From positions 1 through 58,438 of the IMG/VR virus record IMGVR_UViG_3300034031_000030: a stretch of DNA of 58,438 nt. One strand, 5' to 3'. Source of the DNA: a virus. The notes under the pieces were generated by a model. It saw only the letters and a program-made list of their open reading frames with translations, was not told where the DNA came from and made no database searches. Positions 16,712 to 24,080 of the stretch are shown one piece after another; within the stretch, counting starts at the first letter, position 1; each line of letters opens with the position of its first letter. The position numbers and the translations under genes are program-made.

Positions 16712-17986
16712 TTAAAGTGCTTTCATCGCTGATGTCCAGCTTTTAATGTGCGACTGCATTTGCAACTTCAGAGCTTCTCGTTCCGTTTCGGTCATGGACT
16801 TAGCCGAACTTGTAACGAGACTGCAAACGTAATTTACGTTCGGGTCGATCGCTTTCAGTTGCTTGGCAGCCTTCACGAAAACCTTACTTCCACCCACACC
16901 TTTCGTGCCTGACCCGGAAGCCCCCCCCGCACGTTTCTTCTGGCCCTGTGTATCTCCACCGCCCGTGTCGCTCGATGTGCCGCTGGCAGGTGCAGCGGAT
17001 TCGGATGTTCCCTCCCCGGTCGCCGGCACCAGCGAGAGATGAGTCCCCTGCCCTGCTGCAACGGCTGAACGGTTCGCATCGATCGCGGCCTGGCTGCTGG
17101 CAGCCTGCGCGGCCTTCTGAGATTCCTGAGCTACAACATCATCGAGGGTCGGCTGATTTTGCCGCAACTTATCGCGGTAGAACAAAGCGTGCTTCATCGA
17201 CTCGTTGCCGCTCCAGCCTTCTTGGACGATTTGATGGAAGAACTTTCGTTGTTCATCCGGGTAATCTTTCAGTTCCAGCAGGGCACGCCCGTGCCGTTCG
17301 TTCAGGCTCGGGGGATTGCCGGCACCGTCAGACTCCATTTCTTCGCGGATGTATTCGGGCAGTTCGAGCAAATCCACGAGCTGCTTTAGGCGCCGGTAGC
17401 TCAGGCCGCCGATACGCTTGGAAACCTCTTGCCATGTCGGTGGTTTTTCTCCGATGTCACGGGCAACTTTCTTCAGCTCGTTGTAAAGCGCTAAAAACGC
17501 TCGCGCGCGGTCAAGAATCGGCGGATCGACGCGGTTCTCGTTTTCTTCGAGCGCGAGAATGCGCATTTCCAAATCGGACAATGGCTCGACAAGGGTAAGT
17601 AATTTCCCGTGGTAATTCTCTGGATTTTGACGATTGCTACCAGCGTTGCCACCAGCGAGAACCGTGTACTTTCGCCGGTGGCCAAAGGCGCACTGATAAC
17701 GCCCGGCGAGTTCCGGGTCTTTGGCCACCGCATCCTCGGCGTACGGTCGAACCTTCGCCGGCTCTTGCTGGCCATGCTCATTAAACGAAGCGACCATGCT
17801 TTCAATGTCGAACGGATTGTAGTTCGTCCGGTATTGATACGGATTGTCATCAATCCGGGCCACGTCAATCCACACGGCTTCAACTGCAGGAGTTGGCGAA
17901 GGTGGGGTTCTAAGGGGAAACAATTTATTGAGCCGCGACTCACGCTCGGCTGCTGGCGTGATGGACTTCACTGCTTTTAATTTCAT
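16712..17986 (-). CDS. parB: ParB-family partition protein
   Basis: ParB/Srx N-domain with the GHRR motif (YQCAFGHRRKYTVLAG). ATGA overlap with parA. Ser/Gly-rich low-complexity C-terminal half. Confidence 0.85.
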   Translation of the reverse strand: MKLKAVKSITPAAERESRLNKLFPLRTPPSPTPAVEAVWIDVARIDDNPYQYRTNYNPFDIESMVASFNEHGQQEPAKVRPYAEDAVAKDPELAGRYQCAFGHRRKYTVLAGGNAGSNRQNPENYHGKLLTLVEPLSDLEMRILALEENENRVDPPILDRARAFLALYNELKKVARDIGEKPPTWQEVSKRIGGLSYRRLKQLVDLLELPEYIREEMESDGAGNPPSLNERHGRALLELKDYPDEQRKFFHQIVQEGWSGNESMKHALFYRDKLRQNQPTLDDVVAQESQKAAQAASSQAAIDANRSAVAAGQGTHLSLVPATGEGTSESAAPASGTSSDTGGGDTQGQKKRAGGASGSGTKGVGGSKVFVKAAKQLKAIDPNVNYVCSLVTSSAKSMTETEREALKLQMQSHIKSWTSAMKAL

Positions 17987-18627
17987 GCGTCACTCCAACC
18001 ATTCACCAGTTCACGCGCCAGGGTGCGATACGCGCGCGCCGGATGGATGCGTGGTGCAGTCTGCAGAATCGTGCGTCCTTCGGCGGCGGCTGACTCGATC
18101 CCTGAATGTCGTTTGATGGTGACACTGAGAACGCGGTCGCCCAGGCTTTCGCGCAAGCGCTGCTCGATGGTAAACGCGTCTGGGTTGCCGGTATCGAAAA
18201 GCGTGAGTAGCAAATGCCAGGAGAGATTTGGGTTTCCGCCTTTGCGCTCGGGATCGCGCGCGAAGTCGAGTGTCTTCATCAATCGCTCCAGGCCGATGAG
18301 TGAGGGCGCGGCGGGCATTGTTGGCACCAGCGCGACATCGGCCAGGGAGAGCGCTTTTGCTACATCCGGCCCCAGTGCCGGCGGGCAGTCAATCAGTACA
18401 AAGTCTGCCTTGCGGTCGATGGTGCGTTTGAGAGTGCCGGTGGTGGCATCGGCAAAGACGAGGTTCTCGCTGCTCATTTCTTCCGAAAACAAAAGCGTCA
18501 GGTCCCGTTGAGGATCGACGCCAATGAGCTGCACTCGCTTACCCAGTTCCACCAGCGCGGAGCCAAGAGTGACGGTTGTAGTGGTTTTCCCTACTCCACC
18601 CTTTTCGTTGAGGACAGCGACAATCAT
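17983..18627 (-). CDS. parA: ParA/Soj-type partition ATPase
   Basis: Deviant Walker A in MIVAVLNEKGGVGKTTTTVTLG. 214 aa. Confidence 0.93.
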   Translation of the reverse strand: MIVAVLNEKGGVGKTTTTVTLGSALVELGKRVQLIGVDPQRDLTLLFSEEMSSENLVFADATTGTLKRTIDRKADFVLIDCPPALGPDVAKALSLADVALVPTMPAAPSLIGLERLMKTLDFARDPERKGGNPNLSWHLLLTLFDTGNPDAFTIEQRLRESLGDRVLSVTIKRHSGIESAAAEGRTILQTAPRIHPARAYRTLARELVNGWSDA

Positions 18628-18842
18628 GCGCTCACCTCGTCGAGCGATATCCCAGCGCGTTTGGCGAGTTGCTCGAAATTCGCACGCGTCGCGTGTGTGC
18701 GTGGCATCCGCGCCTGCGCTTCACATTTTGTGACCGTAGAAAGCGAGCTGCAAAGCTGGCGCGCGAATTCCTCCTGCGTCAAGCCTAAAGCGGTGCGAAC
18801 TTCTTTCATGAAATTTCGAGGCGAATCTACAGACTTTTTCAT
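18624..18842 (-). CDS. XRE-family HTH regulator, first gene of the parAB operon
   Basis: LGLTQEEFARQLCSSLSTVTKCE helix-turn-helix. ATGA overlap with parA. Confidence 0.8.
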   Translation of the reverse strand: MKKSVDSPRNFMKEVRTALGLTQEEFARQLCSSLSTVTKCEAQARMPRTHATRANFEQLAKRAGISLDEVSA

Positions 18843-18849
18843 GACCGCA

Positions 18850-18855
18850 ATTATA
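18850..18855 (-). promoter_or_regulatory. TATAAT box 7 nt upstream of the HTH gene ATG (possible leaderless transcript)
   Basis: The minus strand reads TATAATtgcggtcATG. The palindrome TACTAGTA (18874-18881) lies in the -35 area. Confidence 0.35.
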
Positions 18856-18900
18856 CATGGCGCCCGAAATAAATACTAGTAAAAAAACTTGTCTGGTTAC

Positions 18901-18929
18901 TTGAATGACCCTAACGAAAGTAGTAAGAT
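18901..18929 (+). promoter_or_regulatory. Sigma70-like promoter candidate TTGAAT-N17-TAAGAT for the early plus-strand operon
   Basis: Hexamers read directly. The -10 is overlapped by the inverted repeat AGTAGTAA-GA-TTACTACT (18919-18936). Confidence 0.4.
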
Positions 18930-19017
18930 TACTACTAGAGCAAAAGAGAAGAGTCGCCCCGACCCTGCAAAAGTAGGACGACTCTTCAATCCCCAAAGCC
19001 TCTAAAGGAATTTGGTT

Positions 19018-19419
19018 ATGCAGCATCTTACCATTGTGATTCGAGCCAATGAAGCGCTACTGGAGCGCATCTTGGACGGGCGTGCAGAAAGCGCCCTGAC
19101 TTACGACGACGCGCGAACCGTAGCCGCTACCTATGCCGCGGTCGATGCGCTGACCGGCGAAAAGGTCAGCTCTTCCAGCCGGGCTTACAAGGTTGACTAT
19201 CGACAATGCTGGAATCGCCTGCGTGCCGCTCAAACGCTCGATGTGCGCCGCCGGTGGGACGATGAGGAAATGCGCCGCACGCACGAGTTCGTCGCCACAG
19301 CACCCGCCCGTAAGCTCACCTATGCACAGCAGCTCGAAGCGCAGTACGGCAAAGCCCCGCTTCAACGCCATCGCCGGCGCAACGCCGGATACAGCCGACC
19401 ACGCCACGCTTGTTGTTAG
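19018..19419 (+). CDS. Hypothetical early protein
   Basis: AAGGA RBS then ATG. First gene of the early operon. Confidence 0.55.
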   Translation: MQHLTIVIRANEALLERILDGRAESALTYDDARTVAATYAAVDALTGEKVSSSSRAYKVDYRQCWNRLRAAQTLDVRRRWDDEEMRRTHEFVATAPARKLTYAQQLEAQYGKAPLQRHRRRNAGYSRPRHACC

Positions 19420-19435
19420 TAACCATCACAATTAA

Positions 19436-19461
19436 GAGTACGGTCGAACTCGGCCGCGCTC
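19436..19461. repeat. Class I palindromic element, degenerate copy
   Basis: GAGTACGGTCGAACTCGGCCGCGCTC has three stem mismatches. Confidence 0.5.
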
Positions 19462-19471
19462 TGGAGATTCT

Positions 19472-19801
19472 ATGAAAGCAGAACGTATCCAGGTCATCGT
19501 CAAACAACCGCTGGAAGCGCCCGAGCTGCGCGAAATCGATAACACGCTCGAAGCCATGCGCGAAATCGTTGGGGGTTCGATCGAGATCGTCCGCTTCGAT
19601 CCGCTGGGCCGCGTCGAACTGGTTTGCAATGACGATTTTCTTGCATTGAAGATGACGCCCAACGTGTACCTTCCCGAAATTGAATCGGGTATTTTCGGGC
19701 CGCTGTTTATTGCTGCGCCTCAAATGACGCCCGACGGTGTTGAGTTTCGTTCGCTCACCAACTCCGAAGCTGCTCTGTGGATGAGCATCTTTGCGATCTA
19801 G
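19472..19801 (+). CDS. Hypothetical protein (DUF3846-like by eye)
   Basis: The pattern LEAMREIVGGSIEIV...CNDDFLALKMTPN...IFGPLFI resembles the DUF3846 family. Not verified. Confidence 0.55.
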   Translation: MKAERIQVIVKQPLEAPELREIDNTLEAMREIVGGSIEIVRFDPLGRVELVCNDDFLALKMTPNVYLPEIESGIFGPLFIAAPQMTPDGVEFRSLTNSEAALWMSIFAI

Positions 19802-19805
19802 CCGA

Positions 19806-20096
19806 ATGGATTACTTCCAACTGACCGAGGAAGCACGTGTTCTCTGGAAGCGCATCATCCAGACCGCACACATGGAAACGGCGGCAGGCGATTACCTGAC
19901 CGCGAGAAGATACCACGCTGCAGCACGCCAAGCCTGGCAGCGCTACCTTCGCCGTATCGCCCTTCGAGGCCGCGAGGGTGCAGGAGATTATCACGATGAA
20001 TTCACCCCGCGACGCCGCACTTACAGCAGCTCACGACCACCGCGCCGGGCTGGCAGCCGCGCTGACACGCCTAGTCGAAAAGATGGAATGCGCTGA
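19806..20096 (+). CDS. Hypothetical protein (3' extent doubtful)
   Basis: ATG at 19806. The Arg-rich C-terminal third overlaps a better-looking frame that starts at 19996. Confidence 0.35.
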   Translation: MDYFQLTEEARVLWKRIIQTAHMETAAGDYLTARRYHAAARQAWQRYLRRIALRGREGAGDYHDEFTPRRRTYSSSRPPRRAGSRADTPSRKDGMR

Positions 20097-20190
20097 GTCT
20101 GCAAATGTGCAGGCTGGAGACGAGATCTCCCGGTGTGAAGCCGTGGCCGAATCGCGCGAAACGCTCGCGCGGACAAAGGACAATACCTAA
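19996..20190 (+). CDS. Hypothetical small protein
   Basis: AGGAG RBS 10 nt before the ATG. Confidence 0.5.
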   Translation: MNSPRDAALTAAHDHRAGLAAALTRLVEKMECAESANVQAGDEISRCEAVAESRETLARTKDNT

Positions 20191-20531
20191 TGAAAAGTAC
20201 GGTCGAATTCAACCAGGCCATCTTGTTGGCCGAACATACGGCGCGCGTCGCCATTCTCTTCTGGTTCCTAGTAAGATTCGTCATTATCGGCGGATTGCTC
20301 TGGGCTACTGTGCGCTTTGGCCCGACGCTGCGGTGTCAGATTTCTGACACCGCAGCGTTGATCGAGCGGCTGTTTGAACGGCGTCTGGCCACTCGCCATG
20401 CCCGGCTGCAAGATGCGTCGAAAGAGCGGTCTCAAGCGCACACGCAGCGTTTGAGCAACGACGTGATGGATGAGACGCACCGGCTTTATGTCGAGGGCAT
20501 GAAGAAGGAGAGGTTCCGTGTCGCGCGGTAA
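20190..20531 (+). CDS. Hypothetical membrane protein; its N-terminus is encoded by a class I half-copy (MKSTVEF)
   Basis: TAATGA coupling. Hydrophobic stretch VAILFWFLVRFVIIGGLLWATV. Confidence 0.55.
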   Translation: MKSTVEFNQAILLAEHTARVAILFWFLVRFVIIGGLLWATVRFGPTLRCQISDTAALIERLFERRLATRHARLQDASKERSQAHTQRLSNDVMDETHRLYVEGMKKERFRVAR

Positions 20532-20985
20532 CACCGTGGGCGGCTGGCGCCTCCGCAACAGACTCAAGCAGCGATGCCCGCACTGCGGCGCTGTCATTTG
20601 TCTGGTGCAGGCCACGGACAAGGAAAGCCCGCCGCGAGACACACCGATGGTTTATGTCACCGTTCCCGCGCGCGATCCGACAGTGCCTCTGATGGACGTG
20701 CGTGGGCCGGTGCATCCCTGCCCGGTGGTGCCCGAAAACGCTGTGCCGTACGTCTGGGCCTCGCAGTTGTACAGTCGGCTTTATCTTTATGTTCCTCACG
20801 AAACACCTGCGGACGAAGAAGAGGGCAAAGAGCTATCTACCGAAGTTACGAAGACCGAAGGCACAAAGAGTACGGTCGAAAGCGACCGTACTCAAGCGCA
20901 GCCGATTCAGGAAAAGCATGAAATACAAAGTCACCACGATGCGCACCGATGGCAAGGAGAGCAAAGAGTTCGTCGATACGCCTGA
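20518..20985 (+). CDS. Hypothetical zinc-ribbon protein
   Basis: AGGAGAGG RBS then GTG. It contains CPHCG. A class I element (20868-20893) is read in frame as KSTVESDRT. Confidence 0.5.
   Translation: MSRGNTVGGWRLRNRLKQRCPHCGAVICLVQATDKESPPRDTPMVYVTVPARDPTVPLMDVRGPVHPCPVVPENAVPYVWASQLYSRLYLYVPHETPADEEEGKELSTEVTKTEGTKSTVESDRTQAQPIQEKHEIQSHHDAHRWQGEQRVRRYA
20868..20893. repeat. Class I palindromic element inside a coding frame
   Basis: GAGTACGGTCGAAAGCGACCGTACTC. Confidence 0.9.
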
Positions 20986-21136
20986 AGCCGTGGTGAATAT
21001 GGTTTCCGCTCATTTGCTGGCTGCTCTGCGTTGTGGCTTTCCTCTTTCCATCGCCTGCGAGCGCGTGAGGATGGGCAAGGCGCTCGATGTCAAAGTTTTG
21101 CCGACCGCCCGGGAGGATGAATGCCAGACGAAATAG
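20918..21136 (+). CDS. Hypothetical small protein
   Basis: ATG at 20918 (MKYKVTTMRTDGKESKEF...). Confidence 0.45.
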   Translation: MKYKVTTMRTDGKESKEFVDTPEAVVNMVSAHLLAALRCGFPLSIACERVRMGKALDVKVLPTAREDECQTK

Positions 21137-21465
21137 CCGGCTGCGAAAGGGCCAAGCTCCACACCAGCGAGAAGCTCCGCGCGCGGCAACTGGCGGGCAG
21201 CATCGAGAGCGACATCCTAGCGGCGATAACAGCCGCATCCCGACCGATGACCTTCCGCGCAATCCAGTCCACCAGCGAGTTACTCAAAACAACCGACGAC
21301 AGAAAGCTGCAATACGCGCTGAGGAAGTTGCGCCACTCAAGCCAGATCGAGCGCTACGGCACCGGGCGTGGCGTGACCTATGGGACACATGAAACGGCCC
21401 GCAATGCCCGCCGTGGCAGCGAACTGACAGCGAAAACACACCCATTAAAAACAGAGAACTTATGA
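21121..21465 (+). CDS. Hypothetical protein, possible winged-helix DNA binder
   Basis: ILAAITAASRPMTFRAIQSTSELLKTTDDRKLQYALRKLRHSSQIERYGTGRGVTY resembles a wHTH (weak). Confidence 0.5.
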   Translation: MPDEIAGCERAKLHTSEKLRARQLAGSIESDILAAITAASRPMTFRAIQSTSELLKTTDDRKLQYALRKLRHSSQIERYGTGRGVTYGTHETARNARRGSELTAKTHPLKTENL

Positions 21466-21998
21466 GAATTTCAGACAAGCCGATTTCCCTTTCTTTTGAG
21501 GAAGCGAACCAGTTGAATCTTGCAATCCGCAACGCGATCCGCAATGCGGCAGACCACACCGGCATCAACGGCAATCCCGTGAGCAAGGAGGAACTGATCG
21601 ACCGCGACATGGCTTCCATCACCGAACTGATGGAAGTGCAGGATCTGCTTTCGCGCGCCGCCCTGGATGCGGGCCGCAGTGCTGGCCAGACCATCATCGA
21701 CGTAATTTCCGAAGCCGAGCATTTAATGCACGTCGCTGAAAAACTCAAGCCGCGCACTTTGCCCGACGGTCGGGAGCTGCACGTCCTTCCCCTACTCTTT
21801 GGCCGCGGTCGTTTGGGCATTACAAAACCGGTCGGAATGACGGACTCGATTGACGATGACAGCTTCGGTGATGTGTGGGAATTCCCAACGCTCGATGCGG
21901 CGCTTGCTGCACAGCGCTACTGGAATCCACAGGAGCAAATAGAGCCGGTTGGCTGGGATCGGCACCCGAAGAGCGGACGCCGGGCTGCAAAGGACTGA
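21462..21998 (+). CDS. Hypothetical protein
   Basis: ATGA coupling. Its stop TGA is the first triplet of a class II palindrome. Confidence 0.6.
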   Translation: MRISDKPISLSFEEANQLNLAIRNAIRNAADHTGINGNPVSKEELIDRDMASITELMEVQDLLSRAALDAGRSAGQTIIDVISEAEHLMHVAEKLKPRTLPDGRELHVLPLLFGRGRLGITKPVGMTDSIDDDSFGDVWEFPTLDAALAAQRYWNPQEQIEPVGWDRHPKSGRRAAKD

Positions 21999-22011
21999 AC
22001 CTGGTTCATAT
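21993..22011. repeat. Class II palindrome (core TGAACCTGGTTCA)
   Basis: gacTGAACCTGGTTCAtat, immediately followed by a class I hairpin. Confidence 0.8.
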
Positions 22012-22013
22012 TT

Positions 22014-22040
22014 GAGTTACGGTCGAATTCGACCGTACTC
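22014..22040. terminator. Class I palindromic element
   Basis: GAGTTACGGTCGAATTCGACCGTACTC. Confidence 0.55.
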
Positions 22041-22050
22041 CCGGAGATAA

Positions 22051-22260
22051 ATGAGAATTCCAACCGCAAAGAGGTTTCGGCTCGATGTGTTCGGTGTGCA
22101 GTGCCCGCGGTGCGATCATTTGCTGCCTACTCCGTCCGGCACGTTCCAGTGGGAAGCAAAAGATTTCGAGCAGCAGTCAGGCACAGCCGATTGCAAGGGT
22201 TGCGGGCAAACCTTGTGGATTACAGGGCCGCGCCCGAAAAAGGGCAACGCAAAATTATGA
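22051..22260 (+). CDS. Hypothetical zinc-ribbon protein
   Basis: GGAGA RBS. Contains CPRC...CKGC. Confidence 0.5.
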   Translation: MRIPTAKRFRLDVFGVQCPRCDHLLPTPSGTFQWEAKDFEQQSGTADCKGCGQTLWITGPRPKKGNAKL

Positions 22261-22481
22261 ACAGGGCCGAGCATTTACAATGGGCGAAAGACCGGGCGCT
22301 GGAGTACGTTGGCCTCGGAGATCTAATGGAAGCCTTCCAATCGATGCTGTCTGACTTGAGCAAGCATCCCGAGTTGGAGAACGCTGCTGCGGTCTGCGGA
22401 GAGTTGGGTATGAAACTTTTGCTCAATGGCCATCTGAGCACAGCGGAACAAATGCGCGATTGGATCAACGGCGTCAACTGA
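22257..22481 (+). CDS. Hypothetical small protein
   Basis: ATGA coupling with 22051..22260. Confidence 0.55.
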   Translation: MNRAEHLQWAKDRALEYVGLGDLMEAFQSMLSDLSKHPELENAAAVCGELGMKLLLNGHLSTAEQMRDWINGVN

Positions 22482-22487
22482 AAGATT

Positions 22488-22513
22488 AAGTACGGTCGAA
22501 TTCGACCGTACTT
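22488..22513. terminator. Class I palindromic element
   Basis: AAGTACGGTCGAATTCGACCGTACTT followed by TTGG. Confidence 0.6.
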
Positions 22514-22560
22514 TTGGAGTTTTGAACGGTCGAATTCGACCGTACTTTTGGAGTTTTGAA
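22493..22560 (+). repeat. Exact 34-bp tandem duplication (CGGTCGAATTCGACCGTACTTTTGGAGTTTTGAA x2)
   Basis: 22493-22526 is identical to 22527-22560. Confidence 0.95.
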
Positions 22561-22675
22561 ATGAGAGCGAATTGCAAAGCGCAGGGGCACGCGCTTCTTA
22601 TCGCCGTTAAGGGGCAACGTGTCTGTGCGCTGTGTCACCAAACGGAAGGCGAGATTAAAAACCAGGAGAAACCAA

Positions 22676-23236
22676 ATGGCTTACGGAACAAAACCAACAT
22701 CGCTGCCGCCCGGTGATTACCAGCGGGGTTACAGTAAAGGTTATAGCGCTGGCTTCCGCGCGACATGGCCGGAGCATAGGCCACCGCTGCCGCCTCACAC
22801 GGAATTGCAGACGTTTGTCTCAGCCGCGCGTCAATTGCGTGACGCTACAGACAGTATTTGCGCCCAAATGGACGAGGGTGACGAGTGGGCCGGATTGCTT
22901 GCACCCAGGATTGATGCACTAGATAAAGCAATGGCTGCGTGGACTGAGTGGATGCAGGGTGTGGAGCCATTCACCTTGCGATCTCTCGACGAACTCTTGA
23001 AGCAGGCTGACGCATTATGGCCAGATCCAACACCGACGGGCTCTTACAACTACGGGCTGGGCCGGTTTCCCCAGGGTTGGGGCTTGTACGTTTGCAATTC
23101 CTGGGAAAAATGGATGCGCGCCGGGCTGCGACACGATTTCCGCATTTACTCCACGCCCGAGGCCGCTGTCCAGGCATTTCTGGATTACGTCAAAGAGAAT
23201 AAGGTTGATGTGGCCGCCCTAGGGCAGGAGGCTTGA
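22676..23236 (+). CDS. Hypothetical protein
   Basis: AGGAGA RBS before the ATG at 22676. Confidence 0.65.
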   Translation: MAYGTKPTSLPPGDYQRGYSKGYSAGFRATWPEHRPPLPPHTELQTFVSAARQLRDATDSICAQMDEGDEWAGLLAPRIDALDKAMAAWTEWMQGVEPFTLRSLDELLKQADALWPDPTPTGSYNYGLGRFPQGWGLYVCNSWEKWMRAGLRHDFRIYSTPEAAVQAFLDYVKENKVDVAALGQEA

Positions 23237-23394
23237 TGAGTGGGATAAGCAACATCGAAGAGGAGATGTGGGACCTCGAAGGCAAGCTGCATGAGAAAGA
23301 CTTGAAAGCCTGCCTGTTACAAGTGGAACGGGTCAAAGTGGCAATTCAGGAAGCTATCGAGTCCCAGGAGGACGACGAAGCAGAAGACGATTAG
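23236..23394 (+). CDS. Hypothetical 52-aa acidic protein (below the ORF-track cutoff)
   Basis: TGATG coupling. MSGISNIEEEMWDLEGKLHEKDLKA...EDDEAEDD. Confidence 0.4.
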   Translation: MSGISNIEEEMWDLEGKLHEKDLKACLLQVERVKVAIQEAIESQEDDEAEDD

Positions 23395-23404
23395 CCGGGG
23401 AAAC

Positions 23405-23435
23405 GAGTGACCCTGTGAAATTCACAGGGTCACTC
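23405..23435. terminator. Unique perfect 31-bp palindrome GAGTGACCCTGTGAA-A-TTCACAGGGTCACTC
   Basis: 15-bp arms read directly. Its centre TGTGAA/TTCACA matches the outer half-sites of class II. Confidence 0.6.
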
Positions 23436-23445
23436 TGTGATGAAA

Positions 23446-23465
23446 GTACGGTCGAGATCGACCGC
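23446..23465. repeat. Class I palindromic element (variant loop GAGATC)
   Basis: GTACGGTCGAGATCGACCGC. Confidence 0.7.
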
Positions 23466-23480
23466 ATCGAGGAGGATTGT

Positions 23481-24020
23481 ATGAGCCAAGAAACGCAGCA
23501 AGATTCAGTCGCATCCGGAGGGTGGCCAGAAAGGCCAACGTGCCACGAGAAAGACTACATGGCTGAGAAGTTCGCGCCACACGTATGGAATGCGCCGCGC
23601 GGCCATCTCGACAACGGCCCTTATGATTACCAGTATCGGACGTGTTCCTTCTGTGGGAGCATTCACCCGGAGGACCTGCTCAACGCGCTGGAAGCGGGAG
23701 CATCGGTAGAGGAGGCTGACAGAAAGTACGGTTATCCGCACAAGTTCTATATCGACCTTCCCAACTCAATCGCCGGACAAGAGGTTGAAGTCGGCTCCGT
23801 CAGTGATGCCAGTGGACGCAGGCCGACGATGGGGACTGCACCCGCGAAAGTTCCCGCCAAGTTCTACAGCGTCCATATTTTCGACGATGGCGTGTCTCCC
23901 GAGAACCTGCAGAGGATTCTTGACTTGCTGCACAAAGCCACTGGAGTCCGTATGGAGATTGCTGACTTCGAAAAAATGCAGATGAATTGGCGAATGGAAA
24001 CGGCATCAATGCAGCTGTAG
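23481..24020 (+). CDS. Hypothetical protein
   Basis: GAGGAGG RBS before the ATG at 23481. Confidence 0.65.
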   Translation: MSQETQQDSVASGGWPERPTCHEKDYMAEKFAPHVWNAPRGHLDNGPYDYQYRTCSFCGSIHPEDLLNALEAGASVEEADRKYGYPHKFYIDLPNSIAGQEVEVGSVSDASGRRPTMGTAPAKVPAKFYSVHIFDDGVSPENLQRILDLLHKATGVRMEIADFEKMQMNWRMETASMQL

Positions 24021-24030
24021 CATCGATGCA

Positions 24031-24068
24031 AAAGAAGAGGACGGTCGATTTCGACCGTACTCTTCTTT
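24031..24068. terminator. Class I palindromic element with long A/T-rich flanking arms; bidirectional terminator candidate
   Basis: AAAGAAGAGGACGGTCGATTTCGACCGTACTCTTCTTT lies between convergent genes. Confidence 0.65.
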
Positions 24069-24080
24069 TGCTTTCTATCC

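Noticed and set aside
22561-22716. A 51-codon ORF (MRANCKAQGHALLIAVKGQRVCALCHQTEGE...) starting right after the tandem duplication.
   Set aside because: It is short and overlaps the better-supported 22676..23236 gene, which has an AGGAGA RBS. The evidence is insufficient to call it.
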